Shown here: in pieces, positions 47,852-58,993 of the stretch | Layout: each line of letters opens with the position of its first letter | Numbering within the stretch: position 1 is the first letter of the stretch | From: Nitrospirota bacterium | GTDB taxonomy: Bacteria > Nitrospirota > UBA9217 | DNA length: 64,000 nucleotides | Assembly: GCA_035623825.1 (NCBI GenBank) | Contig: DASPSR010000062.1 | Span: 32,001-96,000, forward strand | Direction: 5' to 3' | Made by a program: the position numbers and the translations under genes | The notes under the pieces: model-generated | The model's database searches: none | Seen by the model: the letters and a program-made list of their open reading frames with translations, nothing else | What the model was told of the DNA's origin: nothing

Positions 47852-49066
47852 ATGGCAACGGTTTTTACATGGGAAGGCAAAACGCGCCAGGGGATGATCC
47901 AGAAGGGCGAGTTGGCCGCCGGCAGCAGGGAGGAAGTTTTTGCACTGCTTCGCAAGCAGAATATCCTTCCGGTCAACGTATCTGCCAAGCCCAGGGAAAT
48001 CAAACTGAAATTCGGCGCGCCGAAGGTCCAGGACAAGGACAGGGTGATCCTTACCCGTCAGCTGGCTACGATGATCGATGCGGGCCTGCCGCTCGTCCAG
48101 TGTCTTGACATCCTTGGGAGTCAGACGGAGAACCAGACCCTTGCGAAGGTCGTCACGCAGGTAAGAAGTGACGTTGAGAGCGGATCCACGTTCGCCGACG
48201 CGCTGAAAAAGCATCCGAAGGTATTCGACAACCTCTATGTAAACATGGTAGCGGCCGGTGAGGCGGGCGGCATTCTGGATACCATCCTCCAGCGTCTCGC
48301 TGCATATATGGAAAAGTTCGCAAAGATAAAAAAGCAGATAAAGTCGGCCATGATCTACCCCTCGGTCATTCTTTTCGTTGCGGTGACCGTGGTGGCGATC
48401 CTTATGGTCGTCGTGGTGCCCATGCTTGGAGCCATGTTTGCAGAATCGGGTCAGGCTCTGCCTTTGCCTACGCGCATTGTGATCGCGATCAGTAATTTTC
48501 TCAAAGGAGCGGGCGGGCTGATCCTTCTTCTGAGCATCATCGGTTTGTCCGTCGCGTTCGTGCAATGGAGGAGAACGGAAAAGGGGGTACGAACGACCGA
48601 CGCTGTCATGCTCAAGATACCGGTGATGGGCAATTTGATACGAAAGGTTTCTGTCGCGAAATTCACCCGTACGCTCGGTACGCTGCTTTCAAGCGGGGTG
48701 CCCATCCTTGAAGGATTAGTGATCGTTGCGCGCACGGCCGGCAACAAGGTCGTGGAAGAAGCCATTATGTCAACCAGGCAGAGCGTGAGCGAAGGAAAGA
48801 CGCTTGCCGAGCCGCTCGGCAAATTCGCCGTGTTCCCCCCCATGGTCAACCAGATGATAGCGGTCGGCGAGGCAACGGGCGCTCTTGATAATATGCTATC
48901 CAAGATCGCGGATTTTTACGATGATGAAGTCGACAGTGCCGTGGGGACCCTGACCTCGATGCTGGAACCCATGCTCATGATTTTCCTTGGCACGACAGTC
49001 GGCTTTGTGATCGTTGCCATGTACATGCCCATATTCCAGATGGGCTCTGTCGTGGGCGGGCACTAA
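47852..49066 (+). CDS. pilC: Type IV pilus platform protein PilC
   Basis: TRQLATMIDAGLP, AGEAGG.LD, SGVPIL, EPML. Confidence 0.96.
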   Translation: MATVFTWEGKTRQGMIQKGELAAGSREEVFALLRKQNILPVNVSAKPREIKLKFGAPKVQDKDRVILTRQLATMIDAGLPLVQCLDILGSQTENQTLAKVVTQVRSDVESGSTFADALKKHPKVFDNLYVNMVAAGEAGGILDTILQRLAAYMEKFAKIKKQIKSAMIYPSVILFVAVTVVAILMVVVVPMLGAMFAESGQALPLPTRIVIAISNFLKGAGGLILLLSIIGLSVAFVQWRRTEKGVRTTDAVMLKIPVMGNLIRKVSVAKFTRTLGTLLSSGVPILEGLVIVARTAGNKVVEEAIMSTRQSVSEGKTLAEPLGKFAVFPPMVNQMIAVGEATGALDNMLSKIADFYDDEVDSAVGTLTSMLEPMLMIFLGTTVGFVIVAMYMPIFQMGSVVGGH

Positions 49067-49073
49067 TAAACCC

Positions 49074-50768
49074 GTGGCTCAGGAATTCTCAAGAGAGGAG
49101 TATTATGGCCGCTTAAAGTGGCTGATGGTGAGCAGGGTCATCCTGCTCACCTTTCTGCTCGGGACACTCCTGTTCTTTCAATATGGGTACAGGATTTATT
49201 CTTTTCCGACCGTTCATCTCGGCTATATCTTGCTATCGATCTATGCGTTGACGTGTATCTATTGGTACCTGCTCAAGAAGTCTCGTAATCTTTCTTTTCT
49301 CGCCTACCTTCAAGTTTCCGGAGATATTCTCCTCATCACGTTACTTGTCTATATTACCGGAGGGATCGACAGCGGGTTCTCGCTCCTGTATCATTTGACG
49401 ATAATTTCGGCAAGCATCATACTCTACCGTCGAGGCGGGTACCTTTCGGCCTCCCTATCGAGTATCCTGTACGGCTGCCTGCTCGATATGCAGTATTACG
49501 ATGCCCTTGGCCTTGTCCGGAGCCCGAACTTTACCGCAATGCAGGTCCTGTATCAGGTTTTCATCAATATCCTTTCTTTTTATACGGTTGCCTTCTTGAG
49601 CGGTTACCTGTCCGATCGGCTCAGGAAAACCAGCCAGGAGCTCCGGGCAAAAAGCATGGATTATGAGGATCTGAGGACCATGCAGGATCATATCTTGAAA
49701 AGCGTGAGGAGCGGAATCCTCACGACGGACCTCGAGGGGCAAATGACGTCCTGCAACCCGGCAGCGGAGAGTATAACCGGATTCAGCTACATGGAGCTCA
49801 AGTCAATCTGGCATGATATCTTTGGCGACAGCATCAAGGGGCTTTTCGGCCATACCGACGATTTAAAGGAGCGTCCATACCGCTTTGACGGACGGATAGT
49901 GAAAAAAAACGGGGACATGGCTATACTTGGTATCTCCGCTTCCCTGCTCAGGGACGACAAGAACGACATTCGCGGTATCATCCTGGTCTTTCAGGACATT
50001 ACCAAGCTGGTCGAAATGGAGGAAAAGATAAGGAGACAGGAACAGCTTGCCATGGTCGGCAGTCTCGCAGCTGGCATAGCTCATGAAATACGGAACCCTC
50101 TCGCCTCGTTGAGCGGTTCGATCCAGGTACTTCAAGGTGAACTTCACCTCGAAGGGGATGATAAGCATCTCATGGATATTGTTGTCCGCGAAACGGACCG
50201 TCTCAACACGATTATCACGGAGTTCCTCGACTACGCGAGACCCCAAACAATTCAGGCAGAACGGATCATTGTTTCATCCATTCTTGATGAGACCATCCTG
50301 CTTTTGAAAAACAGCCGTGATTTCAGGGAGGGGATCACGATACGGGTCGATGCGGATCCGCATGTTGCCATCAGGGGTGATGCCCAGCGAATGCGCCAGG
50401 TGTTCTGGAACCTCCTGATAAATTCATGCCAGGCGATACCGGACAGAGGTGAGATAACGGTGAGTACGCTGCCATTGTCGTACGGCGGTGGCGACGCCGC
50501 ATGGTGTGAAATCATCATACAGGACACGGGTTGCGGGATATCCCCTGAATACCTTGATAAGATATTCGACCCCTTTTTCACGACCAAAACAAGCGGCACG
50601 GGGCTTGGACTGGCGATCGTAAACCGGATCATCGAGGATCATGGAGGCGTCATTGATGTGGAGAGCGGAACCGGAAGAGGAACGAAATTCCGCATCAGAC
50701 TACCTGTGCTGGAAGAAGCTGTTTCTTCGGTAGCGAGGAACGATCATATCATGACCCAGGATAGTTGA
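49074..50768 (+). CDS. pilS: Sensor histidine kinase PilS
   Basis: TM region, PAS, AHEIRNPL, FFTTK.SGTGLGL; between pilC and pilR. Confidence 0.9.
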   Translation: MAQEFSREEYYGRLKWLMVSRVILLTFLLGTLLFFQYGYRIYSFPTVHLGYILLSIYALTCIYWYLLKKSRNLSFLAYLQVSGDILLITLLVYITGGIDSGFSLLYHLTIISASIILYRRGGYLSASLSSILYGCLLDMQYYDALGLVRSPNFTAMQVLYQVFINILSFYTVAFLSGYLSDRLRKTSQELRAKSMDYEDLRTMQDHILKSVRSGILTTDLEGQMTSCNPAAESITGFSYMELKSIWHDIFGDSIKGLFGHTDDLKERPYRFDGRIVKKNGDMAILGISASLLRDDKNDIRGIILVFQDITKLVEMEEKIRRQEQLAMVGSLAAGIAHEIRNPLASLSGSIQVLQGELHLEGDDKHLMDIVVRETDRLNTIITEFLDYARPQTIQAERIIVSSILDETILLLKNSRDFREGITIRVDADPHVAIRGDAQRMRQVFWNLLINSCQAIPDRGEITVSTLPLSYGGGDAAWCEIIIQDTGCGISPEYLDKIFDPFFTTKTSGTGLGLAIVNRIIEDHGGVIDVESGTGRGTKFRIRLPVLEEAVSSVARNDHIMTQDS

Positions 50769-50782
50769 CGGGACAAAGGGAC

Positions 50783-52147
50783 ATGAGCAGAATACTTGTT
50801 GTTGATGATGAGCTGAGCATGCGGGATTTCCTCTCGATCATGCTGAAAAAGGAAGGCCATGAAGTGGTCGCGGCCGAAAACGGCGGCAGTGCGCTCAAAG
50901 TGATCCAGAGCGAGATCTTCGACCTCCTGATCACCGATATCAAGATGCCCGGCGTGGACGGGATGGAAGTCCTAAAAACGGTCAAGGAGGTGTCTCCTGA
51001 AACGGTGGTCATCATGATCACTGCCTTTGCGACTACCGGAACGGCAGTCGAGGCCATGAAGCTCGGGGCCTATGACTATATCACCAAGCCCTTCAAGGTT
51101 GATGAAATCAGGCTGGTCATACAGAAAGCCCTCGAAAAACGCCATCTGAGAAAGGAAAACATTCTTCTTCGAAGAGAGATCGCGTCCCGCGCAGGTTTCT
51201 CAAACTTTATCGGAACGAGCGCCGCGATGCAGAGGGTCTTCTCGCTCATACGGCAGGTCGCGGACACCAAGAGCACCGTGCTCATAACGGGAGAGAGTGG
51301 AACTGGCAAAGAGCTCGTAGCCAAGGCAATTCACTTCAACAGTTCACGTAACGGCGGCCCCTTCGTGACCGTCAATTGCGGAGCCCTGCCCGAGACACTT
51401 CTTGAGAGCGAGCTCTTCGGCTACATGAAGGGTGCGTTTACCGGCGCGACCTCGAACAAACAGGGGCTGTTCGAAGCGGCAAACGGAGGAACCATTTTCC
51501 TCGACGAAATCAGTGCTACGACACCCGCGCTGCAGATCAAGTTGCTGAGAGTGCTGCAGGAGCGCGAGTTCATGAGAGTTGGGGGAACTGTCGACATCAA
51601 GATGGATGCCCGCGTGCTGGCAGCGAGTAATAGGGATCTCCTGACCGAGGTTTCAAAAGGCACGTTCCGTGAGGACCTCTACTATCGTCTGAATGTCATC
51701 CCGATCAGTCTCCCGGCCCTCCGGGACAGAAGGGAGGATATACCGCTCCTCGTCGAATTTTTCTTGAAGAAGTTCTCAGGCGGAAAGGAGCCTAAGAAGA
51801 TCACCCCTGAGGCGATAAACTTGCTGATGAACCATCGGTGGCCGGGAAATGTGCGGGAGCTGGAAAATACCATCGAACGATTGGTGATCCTGGCGGACGG
51901 GGACAGAATCGGCCACGAGCATATACCGGAGAATTTTAAAGGCGTACGGTCGTATCCGGAACTCGTAACGACGGATATTCCGGATGAAGGCCTTGAGCTG
52001 GAAAAACTCCTCGAAAACATTGAAAAAAACCTGCTGTTCAAAGCGCTTGAAAAGACCGGGGGAGTGAAGACCGAAGCGGCAAAACTCCTCGGCCTTTCAT
52101 TCAGATCATTCAGGCACAGAATGCAAAAATACGAATCCTCCACGTAG
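50783..52147 (+). CDS. pilR: sigma54-dependent response regulator PilR
   Basis: Receiver domain, GESGTGKE, GAFTGA, C-terminal HTH (AAKLLGLSFRSFRHR). Confidence 0.92.
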   Translation: MSRILVVDDELSMRDFLSIMLKKEGHEVVAAENGGSALKVIQSEIFDLLITDIKMPGVDGMEVLKTVKEVSPETVVIMITAFATTGTAVEAMKLGAYDYITKPFKVDEIRLVIQKALEKRHLRKENILLRREIASRAGFSNFIGTSAAMQRVFSLIRQVADTKSTVLITGESGTGKELVAKAIHFNSSRNGGPFVTVNCGALPETLLESELFGYMKGAFTGATSNKQGLFEAANGGTIFLDEISATTPALQIKLLRVLQEREFMRVGGTVDIKMDARVLAASNRDLLTEVSKGTFREDLYYRLNVIPISLPALRDRREDIPLLVEFFLKKFSGGKEPKKITPEAINLLMNHRWPGNVRELENTIERLVILADGDRIGHEHIPENFKGVRSYPELVTTDIPDEGLELEKLLENIEKNLLFKALEKTGGVKTEAAKLLGLSFRSFRHRMQKYESST

Positions 52148-52203
52148 CAATGCCCTAGTTTTCGATTGCAAATCTTGTGTAATTCCGCTACAATTTATCC
52201 CTT

Positions 52204-53679
52204 ATGGCGTACGAAAATTTGAGAGATTTTTTGGCGCTCTTGGAGAAAGAAGGGGAACTGGTAAGGATCAGAGCTGAAGTTGATGCTGATCTCGAGATTG
52301 CCGAGATCACGGACCGGGTTTCGAAGCAGAAGGGTGCGGAGAATAAAGCTCTTCTGTTCGAGCGAGTGAAGGATTCACGATTTCCCGTTCTCACCAATGC
52401 ATTCGGTTCCGCCAAAAGGATCTGCCGGGCCCTCGAGGTAGAAGATCTCGATGAAATAGGCCGACGCATCAAGGATATCATTGATCCGACGAATCTGTTC
52501 CCCGGGCCTGGCGCAGGGATCATGGACAAGATCCAGATGTTGCCGAAACTGACGGAGCTTGCGAAGTTCTTCCCGAAAACAGTCAAAAAAGCGCCCTGCC
52601 AGGAAGTAGTCCTTGCGGGCGAGCAGGTCGACCTTTCTCGCCTCCCCGTGCTCAAATGCTGGCCCGCCGATGGCGGTCGATTTATCACGCTTCCCATGGT
52701 CTGCACCGTCGATCCGGTTACGAAGATCACGAACGTCGGCATGTACCGGATGCAGGTCTTTGACCATCAGACCACCGGTATGCACTGGCATAAGCACAAG
52801 GACGGGGCCCGTCACTACCAGCATTACGAGGCGGCGGGGAGGCGCATGGAGTTGGCGGTTGCCATAGGTGGCGACCCTTCCATTATCTATTCTTCTACGG
52901 CGCCGCTCCCGCCTGCAATTGGAGAGTTTCTCTTTGCAGGTTTTCTCCGGGAAAAGCCGCTTGAAGTCGTCCCATGCAAAACCGTGGATGTGAGGGTCCC
53001 TGCGGAGGCGGAGTTCGTCCTTGAGGGGTTTGTTGATCCGAACGAACGAAGGATTGAAGGACCGTTTGGAGATCATACCGGTTATTATTCCGAGGCGGAC
53101 GAATATCCCGTGTTCCATATCACGGCCATCACCCACCGGAAGGACGCGATCTACCCTGCTACACTCGTCGGCCGCCCGCCGCAGGAAGACGCATACCTCG
53201 GCAAGGCCACGGAGAGGATATTCCTGCCGCTCCTCCAGATGGTTGCACCAGATATCTTGGATATGGATATGCCCATTGAAGGCGTTTTTCACAACAACGT
53301 GATCGTAAAGGTCAGGAAACGGTACCCGGGACAGGGCAAGAAGGTCATCAACACCATCTGGGGTACCGGGATGCTCATGCTCTCAAAGTTCGTCATTGTC
53401 TGCGACGAGGACGTTAATATTCATGATTATTCCGAGGTGACCTGGAAAATCATGAACCATGTCGACCCCCAGCGCGATGTGGTGATTACGGACGGCCCTC
53501 TCGATATCCTCGACCACTCGTGTCCGCAGATCGGGTTCGGCGGCAAAATGGGCATTGACGCTACCCGCAAGGGTCCTGGAGAAGGATTTATGCGACCCTG
53601 GCCCGATGAAATCAAGATGGATCCGCAGATTCAGCGTAAGGTGGACGAGCGGTGGAAGGAGTACGGTTTCCGGTCATGA
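52204..53679 (+). CDS. ubiD: UbiD-family (menaquinone biosynthesis) decarboxylase
   Basis: NVGMYRMQ, EGPFGDHTGYY, VGRPPQED, LDH, KMGIDAT. Confidence 0.9.
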   Translation: MAYENLRDFLALLEKEGELVRIRAEVDADLEIAEITDRVSKQKGAENKALLFERVKDSRFPVLTNAFGSAKRICRALEVEDLDEIGRRIKDIIDPTNLFPGPGAGIMDKIQMLPKLTELAKFFPKTVKKAPCQEVVLAGEQVDLSRLPVLKCWPADGGRFITLPMVCTVDPVTKITNVGMYRMQVFDHQTTGMHWHKHKDGARHYQHYEAAGRRMELAVAIGGDPSIIYSSTAPLPPAIGEFLFAGFLREKPLEVVPCKTVDVRVPAEAEFVLEGFVDPNERRIEGPFGDHTGYYSEADEYPVFHITAITHRKDAIYPATLVGRPPQEDAYLGKATERIFLPLLQMVAPDILDMDMPIEGVFHNNVIVKVRKRYPGQGKKVINTIWGTGMLMLSKFVIVCDEDVNIHDYSEVTWKIMNHVDPQRDVVITDGPLDILDHSCPQIGFGGKMGIDATRKGPGEGFMRPWPDEIKMDPQIQRKVDERWKEYGFRS

Positions 53680-53706
53680 GATCAGGATTTTCTCATCCCG
53701 TCGCTT

Positions 53707-55056
53707 ATGTGGCTGATCGACATTTTCCTTATTTTTTCGCTGATCATAGTAAACGGCTTTTTCGCAACCTCCGAGATCGCTCTCATCTCCCTGCGTAAAA
53801 GCCGCGTAAGACATCTCGTCAAGACCGGGAATCCCACGGCCAAACGAGTGCAGAAACTGCAGGAGGAGCCGGAGAGGTTCCTGGCCGCCGTGCAGATCGG
53901 CGTGACTCTGGTAGGGACCCTGGCCTCTACCCTCGGCGGCGTGATCGCTGTCGAACGCATCAAGCCGTTCTTGAGCGAAGCCCCCCTAGAGTTCATCCGA
54001 AAGGGCGCAGAGCCTATCGCCGTGGGGATCGTCGTGACTATAATCACGTACTTTACCCTCGTGGCCGGCGAGCTGGTACCGAAGTCCCTCGCGCTCCGCT
54101 ATTCCGAGAGGATCGCGTTCATGGCCGCGGCTCCCATCGATTTCATCTCGAAGGTCTTCAGGGTCGTCCTGCGCCTGCTCCTGACGTCGAGCAACATCGT
54201 ATTACGCTTCTTCAAGCCCGCCGAATCGCAGGAATCGCTTCAGATCTCCGAAGATGAGGTCAAGTACCTCATCCGCGAGGGGCGCAAGAGCGGGGTTTTC
54301 GAGCCGTCCGAGGAGGATCTGATCCACAGCGTGTTCAAGTTTACTGACACGGTGGTGAAGGAAGTGATGGTCCCCCGGACCGACATCGTAGCGGTCCCAT
54401 CAGGAACGGGCGTGGAAGAGATCCTTCGTATCATGAATGAAAGGGGGTTCTCGCGCCTGCCGGTATATTCCGGGACCGTCGACAATGTCATCGGCCTGGT
54501 ATATCTTAAAGACGTCCTGCAGCTCCATATGGCGGACAAGCCCTTTCAGCTCGACCGCGTGCTGCGTAAGCCCTATATCGTCCCTCCCAACAAGAACGTG
54601 AGCGTGCTGCTCAAGGAAATGCGTGAAAAACGGATTCATCTTGCGCTCGTAATGGATGAGTATGGCGGCACCGACGGGCTCGTCACGATGGAGGACCTCA
54701 TCGAAGAGATCGTCGGCGACATCAGGGACGAGCAGGAAAAAGAGCTCCGCGAGATCGACGAGATCGCAGCGAACCGCTATATTGTCGACGGGAAGACGGA
54801 CATTGGCAAGGTAAACGAGCGTGTCGGGGTGATACTTCCGGAAGAAGAGTTCGAGACCGTCGGCGGTTTCGTGCTGGGGCTCTTCGGAAGGCTGCCGGCC
54901 GAGGGAGACCAGGTCAGGTACGATAATCTGATGTTTACGGTGCTCCGCCTGCGGAAAAACCGTATCGCCCGGATCAGGATACTTAAGCTGTTGCCTGAAA
55001 ACCACGCGCAGGAGGAAGAAGAAAGAGGAGAAGATGAAGACACCGTTAGTTCTTGA
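53707..55056 (+). CDS. Hemolysin/CNNM-CBS-CorC family protein
   Basis: [40 protein letters not shown]. Confidence 0.93.
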   Translation: MWLIDIFLIFSLIIVNGFFATSEIALISLRKSRVRHLVKTGNPTAKRVQKLQEEPERFLAAVQIGVTLVGTLASTLGGVIAVERIKPFLSEAPLEFIRKGAEPIAVGIVVTIITYFTLVAGELVPKSLALRYSERIAFMAAAPIDFISKVFRVVLRLLLTSSNIVLRFFKPAESQESLQISEDEVKYLIREGRKSGVFEPSEEDLIHSVFKFTDTVVKEVMVPRTDIVAVPSGTGVEEILRIMNERGFSRLPVYSGTVDNVIGLVYLKDVLQLHMADKPFQLDRVLRKPYIVPPNKNVSVLLKEMREKRIHLALVMDEYGGTDGLVTMEDLIEEIVGDIRDEQEKELREIDEIAANRYIVDGKTDIGKVNERVGVILPEEEFETVGGFVLGLFGRLPAEGDQVRYDNLMFTVLRLRKNRIARIRILKLLPENHAQEEEERGEDEDTVSS

Positions 55057-55918
55057 AACGAACCTTGCGGGGCTGAAGCCGCCGAAACGCGGTAAAGTGA
55101 GGGATATCTATGACCTCGGCGATACTCTCTTGATCGTGGCAACGGACCGTATTTCAGCGTTCGATGTCGTGCTGCCGAATGCGGTCCCGGAAAAGGGCAG
55201 GGTCCTTACCGCCATATCCAGATACTGGTTCTCGCACACCGAAAAAATAGTGCCGAACCACCTGATATCCGCAGATGTGAAGGATTACCCCGCCGTGTGC
55301 AGGCCCCACGCGAAGATCCTCGAAGGCAGAAGCATGCTGGTGAAAAAGGCGGAACCCCTTCCTGTGGAATGTATCGTACGCGGTTATCTGACCGGTTCCG
55401 GCCTCAAGGAGTACAAAGCGACCGGCGCGGTAAGCGGGAACAAACTCCCTCCCGGTCTGACCGAAGCATCCCGTCTGCCTGAGCCGATATTCGCCCCCTC
55501 GACCAAGGCAGAGGCGGGGCAGCATGATGTGAACATCGATTTTGGTACGGTCGTGAAGCTCGTCGGGGAAGAGACCGCCGGCAAAATCAAGAGATATACG
55601 CTTGCCGTCTATAAAAGGGCGTGTGAACTTGCGGAACCAAAAGGGATCATCATTGCCGATACAAAACTGGAATTCGGGATGTACGACGGTGAAATCATGC
55701 TCATTGACGAGGTCCTGACGCCCGATTCGTCCAGATTCTGGCCGAAGGACGATTATCGAGAAGGAGTTGTGCAGAAAAGTTTTGATAAGCAGTTTGTCCG
55801 CGATTATCTTCTCACTCTGTCATGGAACCAGCGCCCGCCGGCGCCCGCGCTCCCCGACGATGTGGTGCGAAAGACGAGCGAGAAATATCTCGATGTGCTC
55901 AGAATGCTGACCAGATGA
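55034..55918 (+). CDS. purC: SAICAR synthetase
   Basis: [40 protein letters not shown]. Confidence 0.97.
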   Translation: MKTPLVLETNLAGLKPPKRGKVRDIYDLGDTLLIVATDRISAFDVVLPNAVPEKGRVLTAISRYWFSHTEKIVPNHLISADVKDYPAVCRPHAKILEGRSMLVKKAEPLPVECIVRGYLTGSGLKEYKATGAVSGNKLPPGLTEASRLPEPIFAPSTKAEAGQHDVNIDFGTVVKLVGEETAGKIKRYTLAVYKRACELAEPKGIIIADTKLEFGMYDGEIMLIDEVLTPDSSRFWPKDDYREGVVQKSFDKQFVRDYLLTLSWNQRPPAPALPDDVVRKTSEKYLDVLRMLTR

Positions 55919-55927
55919 TGTTTGCCC

Positions 55928-55957
55928 TTGACACGTCTTGTGATGCGCCAGTATAAT
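55928..55957 (+). promoter_or_regulatory. sigma70 promoter of lysS
   Basis: TTGACA-N18-TATAAT. Confidence 0.75.
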
Positions 55958-55990
55958 CCGCAGTCAATCAACGTTTTCGAAAGGGATCTC

Positions 55991-57472
55991 ATGGACGATT
56001 ATAACGAGCTTATCCAGCAGCGATTCAAGAAGCTCGCTGAAATCAGCGCAATGGGGGAAAAGCCATATGCCGGCAGGTTCGCCGTATCGGCGTCAGCGCA
56101 TGAGCTTTTGAACAGGTATGAGCAGACGGGGAAGGAAGACCTCGACAAGGGACGCGTCCACGTAACCATAGCCGGAAGGATCATCGCCATGCGGAGCTTC
56201 GGCAAGGCGTGCTTCAGCCATATCCAGGACGGCTCCGGGAAGATCCAGCTCTATTTTCAGAAGAATACCCTTGGCGAGGAGCGTTTTGATTTTTTCAAAA
56301 AGATCGACATCGGCGATTTCATCGGCGTGAAGGGATTTTTGTTCCGCACCAGAACGAATGAGCTGACGGTGGATGTGGAGGACTTCACGCTCCTCTCAAA
56401 ATCCCTCCGCCCGCTGCCGGAGAAGTGGCACGGTCTGACGGACGTAGAACTCCGCTACCGCCAGCGGTATGTTGACCTCATCGTCAACCCGGAGGTAAAG
56501 CAGGTTTTCCTTCTCCGGACAAAGATCATACAGTCCATCCGCGCGTTCCTGAATGCGAGGGGGTATATCGAGGTAGAAACCCCCATGATGCAGACCATCC
56601 CCGGCGGGGCCGCGGCCAAACCGTTCAAGACGCACCACAATGCCCTGGACATGGACCTTTACCTCCGGATCGCCCCGGAATTGTATCTTAAACGCCTGCT
56701 GGTAGGCGGTTTTGAACGTGTCTACGAAATCAACCGTAATTTCCGGAATGAAGGCATTTCAACTCGCCATAACCCCGAATTTACCATGCTCGAGTTCTAC
56801 ACAGCCTATGCGGATTACCGCGATCTGCTCGATATGACCGAAGAGATGATCAGCACGGTCGCCAGGGATGTCCTCGGGACGACGGAGGTGGAATACGAGG
56901 GGCACAGGATCAATCTTACACCTCCGTGGAAACGCATTGCGTTCGTCGATTCCCTGCGAGAGGCAGGCGTGCCGGATGATGTCGTTGTTGATGAAGGGAA
57001 GGCGCGCGACTACGCAAAGAAGCTCGGCGCGAACCTGCAGGGGGGGGAACCGCTCGGGAAGCTTCTGAACGAGATATTCGAGGCGCTGGTCGAGCCGAAG
57101 CTGATCCAGCCGACCTTTGTCACGGATTATCCCACGGACATATCTCCTCTCTCCAAGAAACGGGATGATAATCCAGATTACGTGGAGCGCTTCGAACTGT
57201 TTGTCGTCGGCAGAGAGATCGCGAACGCGTTCTCCGAGCTGAGCGACCCCGTTGACCAGAAGGAACGTTTTCTGAGGCAGGTCTCCGAGCGCGAAGCGGG
57301 CGATGAAGAAGCGCATCAGATGGACGAGGACTTCATCCGGGCGCTGGAATACGGCATGCCGCCTGCGGCAGGCGAGGGCATCGGCATCGACCGCCTGGTG
57401 ATGCTGCTTACCGGATCCAGCTCCATAAGGGACGTGATCCTGTTTCCGCAGATGAAGAAGGAAAAACAGTGA
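55991..57472 (+). CDS. lysS: Lysine--tRNA ligase (class II)
   Basis: RYRQRYVDL, YLRIAPELYLK, FRNEG..HNPEF, GIGIDRL. Confidence 0.98.
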   Translation: MDDYNELIQQRFKKLAEISAMGEKPYAGRFAVSASAHELLNRYEQTGKEDLDKGRVHVTIAGRIIAMRSFGKACFSHIQDGSGKIQLYFQKNTLGEERFDFFKKIDIGDFIGVKGFLFRTRTNELTVDVEDFTLLSKSLRPLPEKWHGLTDVELRYRQRYVDLIVNPEVKQVFLLRTKIIQSIRAFLNARGYIEVETPMMQTIPGGAAAKPFKTHHNALDMDLYLRIAPELYLKRLLVGGFERVYEINRNFRNEGISTRHNPEFTMLEFYTAYADYRDLLDMTEEMISTVARDVLGTTEVEYEGHRINLTPPWKRIAFVDSLREAGVPDDVVVDEGKARDYAKKLGANLQGGEPLGKLLNEIFEALVEPKLIQPTFVTDYPTDISPLSKKRDDNPDYVERFELFVVGREIANAFSELSDPVDQKERFLRQVSEREAGDEEAHQMDEDFIRALEYGMPPAAGEGIGIDRLVMLLTGSSSIRDVILFPQMKKEKQ

Positions 57473-58704
57473 AAACTCCCTACGAGATATTCGTCAGTCT
57501 CCGGTATCTGAAGACCAAAAAGCGCTACGGAACCGTTTCGCTCAACACGTTCATCTCGATTGCGGGCGTGGTGATCGGCGTCGCAACGTCCATCATCACG
57601 CTTTCAGTGATGACCGGCTTTCAGGGATATTTCAGGGACAAGATTCTATCAGCCATATCACATATCGTGGTCATGGAATATTCGGGTATCGGAGTGAAAG
57701 ACGAGAAGGCCTTGCAGGAAAAAATCGCCAGAGTCCCTCACGTCGTGGCCACAACGCCGTTCATCATCAGCCAGGCAATGCTTGCCAGCAAGGACCGCGT
57801 GCAGGGTGTCGTGGTCAGGGGGATCAATCCGAAGACCGAGGGCACTGTAACAAGCCTGGCAAAGAATATCACCGCAGGCTCTCTGACGGACCTCGATGCA
57901 CCCGGGAAAAAATTGCCCGGAATCGTAATCGGCGAGGACCTTGCCCGCAAGTTCGGGGCGGACATCGGCGATACAATCACCATGGTAAACCCCATCGGCG
58001 AGGAAACGGCCATGGGCATGGTGCCCAAAATGAGGAAGTTCGAACTTGTCGGCATTTTCGACGCAGGGATGTATGACTATAATACCGGATTTGCCTATCT
58101 ATCCATGCAGGAAGCGCAAAAGTTCTTCGATATGCAGGGCCGCGTAAGCGGCATTCAAGTGCGCGTGGACGAGATCTACAGCGCTGACAAGATATCCGGC
58201 GCCATCCGCTCGGCCATCGGATATCCTTATTACACCCGCGACTGGATAGAGATGAACAAGAATTTCTTTTCAGCGCTTAAACTTGAAAAGATCGGCATGT
58301 CGCTTATTCTCGTCGTCATCATCATCGTAGCTTCATTCAACATCGTTGGCACGCTCACGATGATTGTAATGGAAAAGAATCGCGAGATCGCGATCCTGAA
58401 GTCCATGGGCGCGCCATCCGGAAGCATTATGCGGATTTTCATGTTCGCCGGACTGGTTATCGGGCTCCTAGGCACGATCATAGGATCTCTCATCGGTTAC
58501 GGGGCCGTGGTTCTCATCACTAAAACCGGGGTGATATCGCTGCCAAAAGATGTTTACCAGGTCAGCCACCTGCCGCTTTCCATCACCGGCCTGGATATCC
58601 TGTCCATAGCGGCCACGGCGCTCGGGATCAGTTTTCTCGCTACGCTGTATCCTTCATGGCAGGCCGCAAAACAGGATCCGGTGGAAGTGCTGAGGTACGA
58701 ATGA
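57469..58704 (+). CDS. lolE: Lipoprotein-releasing ABC permease LolC/E
   Basis: RYL, SVMTGF, EK, EIAILKSMG, ATLYP..AA..DPVEVLRYE. Confidence 0.92.
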   Translation: MKTPYEIFVSLRYLKTKKRYGTVSLNTFISIAGVVIGVATSIITLSVMTGFQGYFRDKILSAISHIVVMEYSGIGVKDEKALQEKIARVPHVVATTPFIISQAMLASKDRVQGVVVRGINPKTEGTVTSLAKNITAGSLTDLDAPGKKLPGIVIGEDLARKFGADIGDTITMVNPIGEETAMGMVPKMRKFELVGIFDAGMYDYNTGFAYLSMQEAQKFFDMQGRVSGIQVRVDEIYSADKISGAIRSAIGYPYYTRDWIEMNKNFFSALKLEKIGMSLILVVIIIVASFNIVGTLTMIVMEKNREIAILKSMGAPSGSIMRIFMFAGLVIGLLGTIIGSLIGYGAVVLITKTGVISLPKDVYQVSHLPLSITGLDILSIAATALGISFLATLYPSWQAAKQDPVEVLRYE

Positions 58705-58753
58705 CGAGGCGACTTGAAATCATACGCTTGAAATCAAGCGTGAGGAGGATCTC

Positions 58754-58993
58754 ATGGCTCAAAGGGGCGGTAAAGTGAAAAGATTTTTATTGACCCTGAT
58801 TTTGCTAGCACTGATCATCATCGTATTCATTCTTTTGGGCGGGGGCGGCCTGCTGAAGTCCGCAGGCAAGTGGATCGGCGGCATGGGAAAGAAAGCTGAG
58901 GATATCAAGGGGACGCTCGAGCACAAGGCCACTACCATCGAGAAAACGGTCGAGAAGTTGAAAGAGAGCGATAAGCCGGGAGAGAAGAAATAA
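58754..58993 (+). CDS. Small membrane-anchored hypothetical protein
   Basis: ggagg RBS; single TM helix plus a charged tail; could start at GTG 58774 region. Confidence 0.6.
   Translation: MAQRGGKVKRFLLTLILLALIIIVFILLGGGGLLKSAGKWIGGMGKKAEDIKGTLEHKATTIEKTVEKLKESDKPGEKK

Noticed and set aside
49014-49073. Longer pilS start overlapping pilC
   Set aside because: Out-of-frame overlap with the pilC end; GTG 49074 is more plausible
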